Below, in pieces: positions 1 to 11,592 of a stretch of DNA of 64,000 nucleotides. The position numbers were made by a program, and so were the translations under genes. The notes beneath the pieces were generated by a model. That model saw nothing but the letters and a program-made list of their open reading frames with translations, was not told the origin of the DNA and did no database searches. Source of the DNA: Klebsormidium nitens (taxonomy: Eukaryota > Plantae > Klebsormidiophyceae); assembly GCA_000708835.1 (NCBI GenBank), contig DF237115.1, forward strand, positions 94,126 to 158,125, given 5' to 3'. The first letter of the stretch is position 1. Each line of letters opens with the position of its first letter.

Positions 1-39
1 ATCACAAAGTCAAAAGGCTCTTTTTGTCGATTACGAAGG

Positions 40-908
40 GGACGCCCGCGAAGAACAGGGCCTTCAGAATCTCCTCGTCCATGGCACCTGACAGCGAAGT
101 AAATATTCGTCAATGTCTTGTTGAAATTTGGGCGCTTGTTCGAATCGAGGGACAAACACGGGCGCCGCCATTGCCCGTCTCGCTCCTCATGTGAAACACG
201 GGGACGCCCGCGAAGAACAGGGCCTCCAAGATCTCCTCGTCCATCGCACCTGCGGGACAAGATTCAGAGTCTTGCGTCTTCCGTATGAAAGGTTGAAGAT
301 AGAAGCAAAGCTGGAGCTCTTTCCCTTCGTCTCGGTCTTCGGATCGAAGACTGGGACACCGGCAAAGAACAGGGCCTCCAAGATCTCCATCGCACCTGGG
401 AGCGCAGACAACTCTCGTTAACGTTTAGTAATTCATCAAATGACTTGGGCGCTTGTTGATAAACAGGAAAAGCACTCGGGCGCCGCCATTGCTCGTCTCG
501 CTCCTCATGTGAAAGACGGGGAAGCCGGCACAGAACAGGGCCTCCAGACTGTCCTCGTCCATTGCGCCTGAAGAGAGGGAAGAGAATCTAAGCTTCCAAT
601 TCCATGAAGTTTCGAAATGGCAGGGCCCCGGAAGAGTCAACAGTGGGCGATATGGCTCATGTCGTCGCATGTTGGACACCGTGACGTCTGCAAAGAGCAG
701 GGCCTCCAGAATTTCCTCGTCCATTGCACCTGGGAAAGGAAAGAATCCCCATTTACGTCTTTACGGCACGTATAGAATTTGGATCTGCAAATCCTCAGAC
801 TAGCAGGGTTTCGGAAGGGTCGACGGTTCAGAAGTACAAGCTCATTTCGAACACCGGGATGCCGACGAAGAACAGGGCCCTGCCAAACTTGCTCGTCCAT
901 CGCACCTG
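40..908 (-). repeat. Six degenerate copies of the acceptor plus 5' part of the next XEG113-like exon
   Basis: CAG|G(T/C)GC(G/C/A)ATGGA... on the minus strand with CAG at 908, 732, 570, 398, 252 and 90. Copies translate as AMDE(E/D)(I/S)L(E/K)AL(F/L)(F/C)A(G/D); the 908 copy has a +1 frameshift and the 398 copy a 6-nt deletion. Confidence 0.9.
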
Positions 909-1160
909 GGTTCTTACTTCTGTTCATTCTTACTTCGAAGTCAAGACGGAAAATGCAGGTGCTGCGAGCTTCAAGGTACCGGTTTCCAGCCACTCAGACC
1001 AGAAAGATAAATGCAATCTCAGCATCATCTCGAGCAGCGGAAGCAGAAGTCTCCTCAAGAGGGCGTCCTTTTGAGAGCCAGCAGACGCAAGGTTCAAAAT
1101 GCTATATCCTGATTATGAAATGCTACAATCCTAGAGGTTTGAACAAGTGGCTATTCTCAC

Positions 1161-3333
1161 CAACGAGGATGTTGGTGACTCCCAGGTCCGTCAGGTGCCG
1201 CACCCAGTTGGTGGTAAAGTCCAGAAACGCAAAATTGGCGAACGTGACCACGATCGTGTTGTCCACGGCGCGGTGCTCCACCATTTCCTTGCGCAGTGTA
1301 AATTCCTCCCGGGGGGGCATGCCCACCCCAGCCGGGGGCGCCTCCCAGATCTCTCGCATCATTGCCTCGACCAGAGGCCAGCTCTTGACCGTCGATTGGG
1401 CATCGGATGGTAATGAGTCGTTCGTGAGAGTGAGAGTGCTGTTCGAAAGCTCAGCTGACACGTTTAGAGAGGGAATAGAGCTGTTTGGGAGGATCGAGAA
1501 GCTATCATCAAGAGACTCGGAGCCGTTGAGAAGAGATGCGGTGCTGTTAAGAAGAGCTGCGGTGCTGTTGAACAGAGCCGCAGAGCGGTTGAAACGAGCC
1601 TCGGAGCTATTTTGGAGGAGGGTCGACCCGCTGTTCTCAAGAGACATCGCCCCATTTTGAAGCAGAGTCCCCTGACTAGCCACAGACTCCTCGTCCGCCT
1701 GAACGGCCTCGCCCTCCCTGTTCTCTTCTAAACCGGCTTTCGTGTCCGTGCCCGCTTCCCATAAGCCCCCCGGATCTCGCACCCTCGCACCCTCTCCTCC
1801 CACGAGCTCGTTTTCTTCCTCCACGACCTCCCTCGGTTTCGGTTTCTCCCCCGCTCCCGCCAAAGCTCCCCCCATGCCACCCGCCCCGCTCACAGCCTCG
1901 TCGTCGGCGCCACCGCTAGCCAAGTCAGCGTTTACTGCCAGGAACGTCTTCACCCCCTCTTTCGTGACTCCGTCAGCAATCTCCTCAAGGGACGCCTCAC
2001 CATCTTTAGACTCCTCAACAACTCCAGGCCCTGTGTCAAGCTCTACTCTTCTTTGGCCGTCCAGATCGTCCCTAGTTTTCCTCTCGCCAAGCGTGACGCC
2101 TCCCCCGCTGCTCAACCTTTCTTTTCCTCCGTCCTCTTCTTCGTTTCCTATCAAGTTCTGTAGCCAAGAATCTTCCCCCTCATCCCCCCCTCCCAGACCG
2201 CTTCTCTCACCGCCCCCTTCGAAACCGCTTTTCTCAACATTCCCCCTCCCAGCTTCGCCACCTACCGTCCTCCCCCCGTCTACTTCCTCAAACTCCTCTC
2301 CCCGTTCCTCATCCAACTCATCCACCTGCTCGGCGCCTTTCTTTGTCTCCTCGTCCGAGCTCTCAACATCCGCTATCGTTGTCCGTTTCCCATCGTACTT
2401 CGTTTGCATCTGTGAATTTTTGCCTAGGTATGGCCCAACTATGCCCCGCCACGCCCCTCGCCGGGTCAGCCTGCCAAATAGATTTCCGCCTCCTCCCTCG
2501 GCCCCCTCTTCTTTGTCTTTTATGTACTGTGTTAGGGGGTCCCGAGTGGTCACCTGAAATGGTCAAAGAGCTGATGAAAGCCCTGTTGACAACTATGATG
2601 ATAATAAGGCACCGCTTTTGAGATGATACAACGAGAGACCTTATCCTTGAAAAGCACAAGAGGGCCGTTTTTGACAGTCTCACCACCTGTTGACCTTGCC
2701 TTAGCCACCAAAATCCAGGACAATATGCCAAGAAGGCTACAGCCAGCAGTAATTCTTGCACACTTGTATTCATACGTGCACTGTGTCGCACCAGATGCTC
2801 CTATGGTGCACCGACAACTCTGTTTTGCAGCCTCGAATAAGGCCCCAATATTCAGAGGAAGATTGGGGCTACTAAACCTCTGAAGCGCATCCTCAGACTG
2901 TATCAGATAACAGACGAGACAGGGCAGCAAGTCACAAACATTTGGAACAAACACCCAAGCGGAATGACTCCCCCATCATGTGCAATGACAGGAGCCTGAC
3001 ACTACATACCGCCAAACCTCTCTGTGCTGTCACAGGGAATCATCTCACCTTCTTAGGTTGTTGCCCTGTCTGACCTCGGCCAATCTTAATTGCACCCAAA
3101 GCACCCTGGTCATCAAATGCAGCTTTGCTTTCCTGCTTCGCTCTCTGCTCTTGCTTGGCCAGTTCCTCACTCCCAATCTTCTCTAAAACGTCCAGACGCA
3201 ACCCATTCTCATCTGTTGCTAAAGGCAGCTCAACGCCCTGCCTCTCAAGTGTATGTCCGCCAACTGCACCACCAAAGAAGTAAAGCAGCGTCAGAAGTGG
3301 CATCATATATAACCAGGGACGCATTTGAGGCAT
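1161..3333 (-). CDS. XEG113: XEG113-like extensin arabinosyltransferase (GT77 nucleotide-diphospho-sugar transferase), type II membrane protein; 5' exons only, gene continues past position 1
   Basis: Exon 3333-3049 (MPQMRPWLYMMPLLTLLYFFGG signal anchor; donor GTGAGA, phase 0) joins exon 2553-1161 (acceptor TTTCAG; donor GTGAGA, phase 1). That exon ends IWEAPP..MPPREEFTLRKEMVEHRAVDNTIVVTFANFAFLDFTTNWVRHLTDLGVTNILVG, and the next-exon copies read GAMDEEILEALFFAGVPVF. This matches the plant XEG113 N-terminal catalytic motif (VIIVTFGNYAFMDFILTWVKHLTDL..NILVGAMDTKLLEALYWKGVPVF) as recalled. The start codon and any upstream exons are uncertain. Confidence 0.8.
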
Positions 3334-4577
3334 GTGATTCTTCTCCTTTGGGGGTGCGACATCGCATGAGCTTACGCAGGTCAAGCTAAGCATATTGGAT
3401 CCCTGCAGGCAACATTCAAGAAGTGAACCAATTGATCATGGAACAGAACGGCAAGAGTGATCCCCTCGGCTTTTCTGGTGAGTCTAGCTCTTGAAGCAGT
3501 ACAAAATCCTTCGGTGGTTCCTTGCAAGCTTAGAAAGTGCCTGATTGTTCTAGTCTGAAGAGCGTCTTTCAAACATCCACCCGTGCTAGATGACATTGAC
3601 CTACTTAATATTTCTTTAGAGAAGCACTTGAAGAATGCAATTTGTCATGGCTCCTCGCAATTGGGTTGAGCGCACACAAGTGTGCGCTGCCGGGGCAGTG
3701 CCACATCGATCAACACCTGCCTATCCAACGACCATTCTGAGCTCTGACTGACTGATGCACTCGGAGGTGAGCTGTGCGAACACAGTGAAAAGATCTGTAC
3801 CAAGTCATTCTTCTTCTTTCTTGCTTGAAGGCTTGTCACCAGCAGATAAGGCTGTACACAAAGCTATGTGTATGCATAGTTTCCCATTGTGTTTGCGAAA
3901 AGAGGACGCAGGCGCCTACAGACCAATAACAATTCTCACCTCGATGGTACAGAAGTTCCTTTGCATCGTGTAACCTTGCCTCGATCTCCCAGGCCACTGG
4001 CCGCAGCACATACCCCGTGCCTACAAGCGCGCTCATCACAAGGATTGTCCGGATTAGGGGCCTTGCAAGTGGTGCCATGCTTCAAAGCGCTCCCTCTGCG
4101 ACGCCTATGCGCTGGTTGATGGAAGGGCACTCATAGAATTGGCTCATTTTTCGGCCTTCGGTGGCTCAACGAAGGACCAGGCGCCGAAATGCAAGACAGG
4201 GCAGCTCATTGAAGTCTTACAGTAGCTGCCTCCATGATAAATGACTGCACCAGCTTGCTTGATTGGGCCTCAAGCTCGCGACGCCTTTGTTACTCAGAAT
4301 GTGCTTCTTCTCAGACTCGGACTTCTGAATCTGACAGTGAATGCGTCAACTGGAAGTTAGAGGCCGAGACATGAGCTGCATAATGGGTCGAGCAGTTACA
4401 GTGGTCCATCTAAAAGGTTCCGAGTCCTTGCAGCGCCGAGCAGCGCAGCGCGGACTTCTAAGCTTCCCTCCGTCGGCCACCGATAGATCCCTATAACGCC
4501 TTCTTCCCCCTCGTCCTCTTTCCCTCTGCACGCTCTCAGGATAAGCCAGGTAGGGGCGGCGCGCAGAGCCGGGCACC

Positions 4578-7201
4578 ATGTCGGGCGTCTCCCAGGACCT
4601 GCTGTGGCTCTTGGTCAAGAAGCAGAACAGGTTTCTGTACAAGCAAGGGGGGGGCACCACCCGCCAGGTGCAGTTTACCTCAGAGCCTAACAACCTGATG
4701 AACAAGAACACATTCAAGTACTCGGGGCTGGCCAACCCCAAGTCGGTGGGCATTCAGGAGGAGGGGGACCACGTGGTTGTGCGTACGACGAACCCCAAGA
4801 AGGCTGGGCAGCCTGCCAAGGTGAGGCGCCGCGGTTAGGTTTTGGAAAACTCAGCTTAGAGTTGCTTGAGTAAATTTGAGTCACTTCGATATGCTCAGGC
4901 TAAAATCATTTGCGCAGAGAGTGGAAGAGATGGTTTCAGGGAGCCAAAGGCGGTGATATGAGCAACTTATCGGGTCACAGTGCTGGTGGTAATGGTTTAA
5001 GTGGGTGGGGCGGATAATCGAAAGCTGGCCAACCCGCATCATGGCCGTGCAAAGTACCATTACCATGTGCAGCTCCAACACTCTCTCTGGCTGAAGCTGG
5101 CTCTGGCAGGAGCTGTCTCATTTGCGGAATTGGACTACAAGGTCACTTGTATCCCAGCCTACAGTTGCAGACCTGGCAAGTGTTGATGCTTCATGAGAAA
5201 GCACCTGTCTGCTTTATCAATCTGAAGGAAGCGTCGCCAATTGGCCGATTGCTGGAGTTTTTTCCATTTCACGGTGCATGGTCAACGCCCGAGCAGTTAC
5301 GGCCGCTCCAGGATTATGTTGAAAGTTTTACATCCAGCTGTTGGCTTTGAAGTCCTCTTGCTGGATTCTACCCCGTGCATTAGCCGTCAGCTTTATCAAG
5401 CCAGATTGGTTGATCTTCTTCTGGTGATAATCTTCTTCTGGTGATAATGTGAAGAAGGAAGGAAAGTGGTTGATTACTTGCAGATCATACCGGTTGATTG
5501 GAGAAAACATGCGGCTCTTGCTCCTTCCGTATCTTGTTCCTGAGCTCTCAAGTTCTTGAAGGTTTTCAAGTTTCGACCTGCTTCGAGTGTCCGGTTTGAC
5601 GTGACTGGAGGGTCTTTAACATACTGCAGCTTCAGCGACCGTGTAGCTTTGATACCGTTTGTCATGCCGCATAAGCCTATAGACTTTCTTTGCTTTTGTG
5701 ATCCACTGAACATTTACCTCCCACCCAATCTTTCTGCTATCAGGAGCCACCCTCCGTTGCATACTGTGCTTGGATATACTTCTATCTGCATCATGGTGTT
5801 GGCTTTGCCCCTCTTGTGAACCTGTGGGACTTTTGGCTTTTTCTTGATCCCTGCTGGTCGTCAGGGATTGGACAGCGACTTACCGGGTCTGCTCTAGAAA
5901 TTGACCGTTACATTGGACAGGGGGAACGAATCTCCGTCGTTGAGCAGCTGTGTGCAACTCATGAGGCTCTGCTCTTGCGTCAGCTCCTCTTTCAAGGTTT
6001 CGTCAATGATCGAGTTTGGTGGTACTTATCCTTGTTTGTCAGCTTTTTATTGTTAAATCAAAGAGCCTATAGTGATTATTGGCATTTTTGGTAGAGTGCC
6101 ACTGGCCCTACTTGTTTAGACTCTTTTACAGAAGTGCTCCAGCAGGCAAGCGTCCTCACAGAACATGGTTATCAAATCATCGAAGGGTCTCTCGTTTTCG
6201 CAAGTGTCGTCGGATGGCAATCCTTTTTTCGTGCTCATTTAACCAGCCATGAACAGCCTTGATCTGTTGGCCTCTTGACAGCATCACTGTTCTTAACAAG
6301 TCTTGGGAGCGTATGTCACCCTAGTCGCCAAGCTCAGTATCATCCTTTCGATGTTGATATTTACTGTTAATGTGCGGGCCTTGCCGGATGGAACTGTCAC
6401 ACTAATCAATGGAATCAGGCCCACAGCCAATTCTGGCACCCCTCCGTTTTCAAAGTCTATTCTTCGACTGATGCAGGCGGTGCAGTCCTTTGACTTCAAA
6501 CTTTACAGCTTTTGCACCCGTTGGCTTTGTTCGTTCAGAAGCAATACGAGTGCTCGTCGTACGTCTCGATCACACTGAACTCTTTTTAGTGGTACGAGTT
6601 GATTCTTTATTGTTGTCTGCCGCTGCATCAGCTTCGCCTGGGGTTCGTTTTCATTCCCTTTTGCTTGGCAGGAAGGTAGATCTCAATCAAGGAGCGCAGG
6701 CGTGTTAGCCAAACGGGATTGACCCAGATGCTGATGTGCTCAAACGGAGTTCTGAAGGAACGTCATGCATATCAGCGCTTGCCAAACGCTATATCATGAT
6801 CTAGCCTTGCCGCTGTGCAGTGGTGTTGACAGTCTCTTTCGGCACAATAACCTGACTTTTATCCCGATTCTTAAGCAGCCCTTGAGTCCAGCCTCGTTTA
6901 GTTCGTCACAGTCGTTTGTCATTTTCACTTCTACTTCGGATTTTCCTTCCGGTTACTCGTGGTCCTAACGGTTCTTCCATCCGGATCCGTGCAGCATGTC
7001 TCGTCTAACGTCCACAAGAAGGACAACCGGAGGGTAGCCAAGGCCGTGCACGCCACCGTCGTGGGCAGCGGGTTCCGGCCAGATCTCGAGAAGGCGGCCA
7101 AGTCTCGTGTTAGCCACATCCACAAGGCTCTGCGGGTAAAGAAGGCCGACGGCAAGAAGCCCCGGGCGGACAAGAAGAAGCGCGCTCTGACCACGTCGTA
7201 G
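4578..7201 (+). CDS. RPL28: 60S ribosomal protein L28 (eL28), 2 exons, 149 aa
   Basis: Exon 4578-4820 (MSGVSQDLLWLLVKKQNRFLYKQ..FTSEPNNLMNKNTFKYSGLANPKSVGI; donor GTGAGG) and exon 6995-7201 (HVSSNVHKKDNRRVAKAV..FRPDLEKAAKSRVSHIHKALRV*; branch-like CCTAAC and GCAG acceptor). The 2174-nt intron is phase 0. Confidence 0.95.
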
Positions 7202-8681
7202 ATCCGGACCCCTTCAGTATGCTTTCTTGTTGATTTTGCGAGGTTCGTTGTTACAACGTTTTTGCGGCAACCATGCAAATGTGCATATGTGCGCATGGAT
7301 ATGTCTGATGGCACGATCTGGATTTGCATGCGGTGCGCTAGAGTCCACATCGTACTGCGGTCGAACTCATGGATGCACTCAAGCAGTTCTGACTAGCGAC
7401 CATGTGCATGCGATGTCAAACAATGATCGGGTGACGTAAAAGTCGATTGCAAACAATACGATCATGAAACAAGCCGGTCTGCTTTATGACTGTAGAGTGG
7501 ATAGTCAGTGGCGGCCAGCGGCCATGTTAGACGGGCAGGCAAGCAGCGATCCGAAATGATTGTAATCAAACGCTGTCATTTAGCACGGGCCTGTTATGGC
7601 ACGCCGCCGCATGACAAAAGCCGTCGGGGTATCCAATGGTTTCAAGATCAAAGGTATGCAGGCTGGCATAGTAGACTCTGCATGGGCCGCCGCCGCGACC
7701 TGGCACTCGCGCGGGCAGGTGTGCCGGACGTGCGCTGACCTTCCGGTCAGCACTGGATACGCCTGGCAGGCGCGTACAACAAGTTATGCCGGCTATATGC
7801 GGTTAGTAACATAGCTCGAGTTACCTTGCTTTCGCAGCTAGCGCGCATATGGCAGTTCTGCCTTAACCCTCGGGTTATATCAGTCAGGATATCCCTATGA
7901 ATTGGAGCGAAGAGATTTGCGAATGTATACATCGGCGCAGGGGCAACAAATCATGTCCACTGGTGGTTCGAGCCCGACAGTGACTGACTTCAAGTTGTAC
8001 ATGGTGATCTCCATATGATCATAGCCTTATACCATGATTCAACTTTGTATAGTTTTCAAAGAAAACATGAGCCTCTCGCATGCCGGTACATGTTCATCCG
8101 GCTAGGGCCTGCATGCTGTATATATATACGACAAACAACACCCTCAACTATCGAAGTAAGCGTCTATGATAAGATTATATACCGTCTTCTGTCAGCATGA
8201 CAACATAGTCTGTTTTGAAAAGCGCACGGGATTTTGTGTTTCATAGTCCTCAGCTTACTAGCCTAGCTTACCCTTCGATCTCCTGGGGGTCTCAGGCAAT
8301 GTAGCTACTTACAATCGGTCGATCAGCCTTTTCCTTTGGCAGGCGATTACCTTATCTAACGTGTGATACCTAATTTGAAAGTGTAATTCGTAACAGCGAA
8401 ATCATCCGGCCAACCCTGAAAACCTTTGCGACACCCCTTCCGTATGCCCACCCCATTCAGAGCGCTCTCGACCTCGATTCCGCGTTGTCGGATCATCGCA
8501 TCCCGAGCATGGTGTAAAAGGTCACTCCTCAGATTCAGCGCATCTAGCCTCTGAAGCTGCTCCAGTGTCACTTGTGCATTCTGTTCGTCGTTGAGATAGC
8601 GTGCCATAGTTGCTTCCGAGTTGCTTGGAAGAGTGCGCCGAGTCTCCACAGAGTATCCGAAGGATATCCCAGAATGGGACT

Positions 8682-9962
8682 TTACGTTTCCGCTGTTGCA
8701 GTCCCTATTTCTAAGTGCGTTTCGACTTCTTGCACTAAGGACTCCACTCGGACCTCTAGCTCCACGCACGAGTCATCAGCTCGAGGCTCCTCCTCATACT
8801 CCTCCGTAAAGCTCTGAAGGTCCTGCGACTCGTTCCATTCCATCGCTAGAGCTCGGACATCCTGAGCCTCTAATGAGGGCGCAACTTCCGCGCCGCTCGG
8901 CGGCCCTGCCTCGAGCACTCTTACTGCGCTTTGGAAATGCTCGGCCCTAAGACCCATTTCTGCAACTCTAGTCGCCAAGCGCTTGAGCTTTCCGGACACA
9001 GTCCACGGATCGAACCTCTTCACCAAGTCAACTCCCAAAATTTTCCTCTCCGGGGCAAAGGCTATCGCTATCACGCGGCTAAGTCCACACGTCTTTAAAG
9101 TGCGCCCCTCCCCCAGAGGCTGGAACGCGCTTCAGCGGCGCAGGCATTTTCGGCCAGCATTTATACGTCCCCAAGAGATACAGATGCCCACTTGCGCAAA
9201 CTATTCCTATGGTCTTAAACCCGGTGTCGCCATCAGGCGCGTTATCCCTCCGAGTTCGATCACATTGGTCGAGAGACCGAACGACGCAGCGCCACAGTAG
9301 TTGCACGGCTTTTCATAGCTCTCTTCCCTTATCCTCTGCTGCTCCTCTGCAGACGCCCACAAGAATGCGGCCGCCCCGGACCGCTCCGCGATTAGCGACT
9401 CGGGAAAGTTCCGTACGAGACCGCGTGAAAAGCACTCGCCTGGGGGTCCCGCAGATTGTGCAGCGTCTTGTGGTCGCAGAAGTCTGCAACGAAGATGACC
9501 TCCTGCTCAAGCTCAGCTTTCATCGCCTGGGGTTTGGTTCACAGCAGGACCCATCTGAAACGCGCTCTGTTCGGTTTGTATGTGGCCCAGCATGCTTCAC
9601 CAGCCCCAGCTGTTTTTCGCGCCCGGAACTCTGATCCAACTAACATCCGCCGCCTCGGTGCAAATTCTCAGCAGCTTGAACAACATGGGCCAACCCCCTG
9701 GGGGAGCGCTCGATGCGCTGAACCCCATTGCTCTGCACAGTGAGGGCGCCATGTCCTCACAAAAGTGCCTGAGCCCGCGCTCGTACAATAGCTTCCGCCA
9801 GGTTCTGCATACGCTAGGGAGGGCGGCCAAGTGCATTGGGCTGGGCCCCACTTTGAGGAAGACGGCACACAGCAGGTCTGGCTCCAGCGCGCCGATCGGA
9901 AAAGGGGCCGCGCTCGGCAGGGCAGCAGACAGCGCGGCATCCATAAGCGGCAGACGGGACAT
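8682..9962 (-). pseudogene. Disabled EID1-like F-box protein gene
   Basis: F-box-like IGALEPDLLCAVFLKVG..LPSVCRTWRKLL, then RHFCEDMAP..GGWPMLFKLLRIC, EVIFVADFCDH, KPCNYCG and IVCASGHLY. These occur in the order of EID1-like motifs (FCKTRAP, GNWRALGKLLIYC, VLYVSDPCEH, CPYC, VCLNGHL) but switch frame repeatedly, with stops at 9597, 9539, 9392 and 9207 and no intron spanning them. Confidence 0.65.
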
Positions 9963-11592
9963 CTTCTTGTGTTGCTCTGGATCAGGCTCGCATATGCTAG
10001 CTGCAGAATCTTAATCGCGCTCACATCTGCGAATCTGCGGAGGGCTCATAGCCTCCCAGGAAAGTGGACTGAGGGCTAGGACTCGAGCGCAATTGGTGAA
10101 CAGCTTTCAACTTCAAGTTGGAGGGAGCAACCTAAGAAAAGCACTCGTGAAGCTGGGCAGTTTCTTTCCCACGCCTGGTTCTTACTGACCATTGTGTTTG
10201 AAGGGATCCCTCGCAAGGTTGCGCCCGGGGCCACCAACCCCGAGCAATCATGAGAAGAAATCAAGCTGGGTACGTCAAGTCCCGGCCTCCAAATTTGGCC
10301 GCCACTTCTTCCCGGCAACTTCCTGCTCCAATCTCCTGACGTCAACTCCCGCCACGACGGACGCAATCATTGGTTTGAGGCTCCTTTTACGGGAAGAAAC
10401 CAATGCCTGCAGCCTTGCCATTAATGGCAATGCACAGACGCGCATTCCAATGGTATCTAGTTGGTCCTCAAAAGGGGCGCTGCATTGTCATTTGCCTCAA
10501 AGGTTTTATGCGCTCACATCATCCGTAAACTTTCAGGCAGGCTGCACCTTTCCAAATCAGCACGCTGTCAAGGGCAGAGCGGGCGTGGAGTACCGCTTAG
10601 AAGACCAGCCTGCATTCAAGGTGAGGCGTCCAAAAACTCCAGCTTATCAATATGTGAGGGCCAATTGCTGCGGCACTGCGAAGCTGTAGTTGACCTTCCT
10701 AGCAAAAGGTAGACCAGAAAATTGCAGACTGGTTTTGTTTGTTGATTGAGCAGGCTTGTGACTCCATCGAAATCGAACTTGTTGCCTGCTGCCACTGGGG
10801 TTTGAGTCATCTCGATTCCTGCCCTTTCTTTAAACAGGGCAAAAATATCTGGGAAGACCTGTGCTTGACATTCCAGAGGCAATCAATGCAACGACGTCTC
10901 TTGACGCCATTTCAGCAGTTCAGAAAAGAGAGACTTTTCCTTTACTTTCAGCTATAACAGGCTTGAAAACGAATTTGGACTTGCGTTGATGATGGTTCTG
11001 CTGGTTGAGTCCTGATACTAACCCTTTTCCTACAACCTAATCTTCCTGAGGTATAATTGGAATGGACCTTATGCCACTCCAAAGACCTCCTAACAATGCC
11101 ACAACTTGGAATGCCATTGGAGGATTTCTTAATGGCATAAGTAGGCTTTGCGTTATATCTCATGTTTTAGCGTCAGTTGCGACATCCTCGAGCGAAGGCG
11201 CCAGCATTGCAACCTTGGAGCTCCGCCATTGACCTCACCACTAGGCTCCTGGCGACAATGTGAACATTTAGGCATATTTCCTATGTCAACCACTTAACCA
11301 TAAAAAAGCGTGCAGAGCCCCTTCTTACCACACATACTTTTGAGTGGTGAACTCAGTCAATTCGAGTGAGTCCCATTGTCAAAATCAGGGAATTGAATCA
11401 CCATCATTGACAGCAATTGACCACCGCTGTCAGACTTCAAGCTTATCAAGTCCGTCCCCACAACACAATGCACAATCCGAAAAGCAAAATTGTGCACTCA
11501 CTTTCTCAGCTGAAATCTACAACTTTACAACTGAACAGTTTCCTCCCCTCTGTACAGGTGCCTTTTCCCAGACTCCTCTCCAATCAGACACC

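Noticed and set aside
779-2557. Long plus-strand ORFs 779-1660 and 1742-2557
   Set aside because: Antisense shadows of the GC-rich XEG113-like exon; low-complexity Ser/Pro translation with no motif.
4821-6994. Intron-encoded snoRNAs in RPL28
   Set aside because: No properly spaced C/D or H/ACA boxes with terminal stems found by eye; only a structural hint is reported.
7960-7980. GGTTCGAGCCC tRNA T-loop/B-box-like motif
   Set aside because: Weak T-stem and no acceptor, D or anticodon arms could be folded.
10076-11163. Overlapping short ORFs suggesting a decayed gene
   Set aside because: No recognisable motif or consistent frame.
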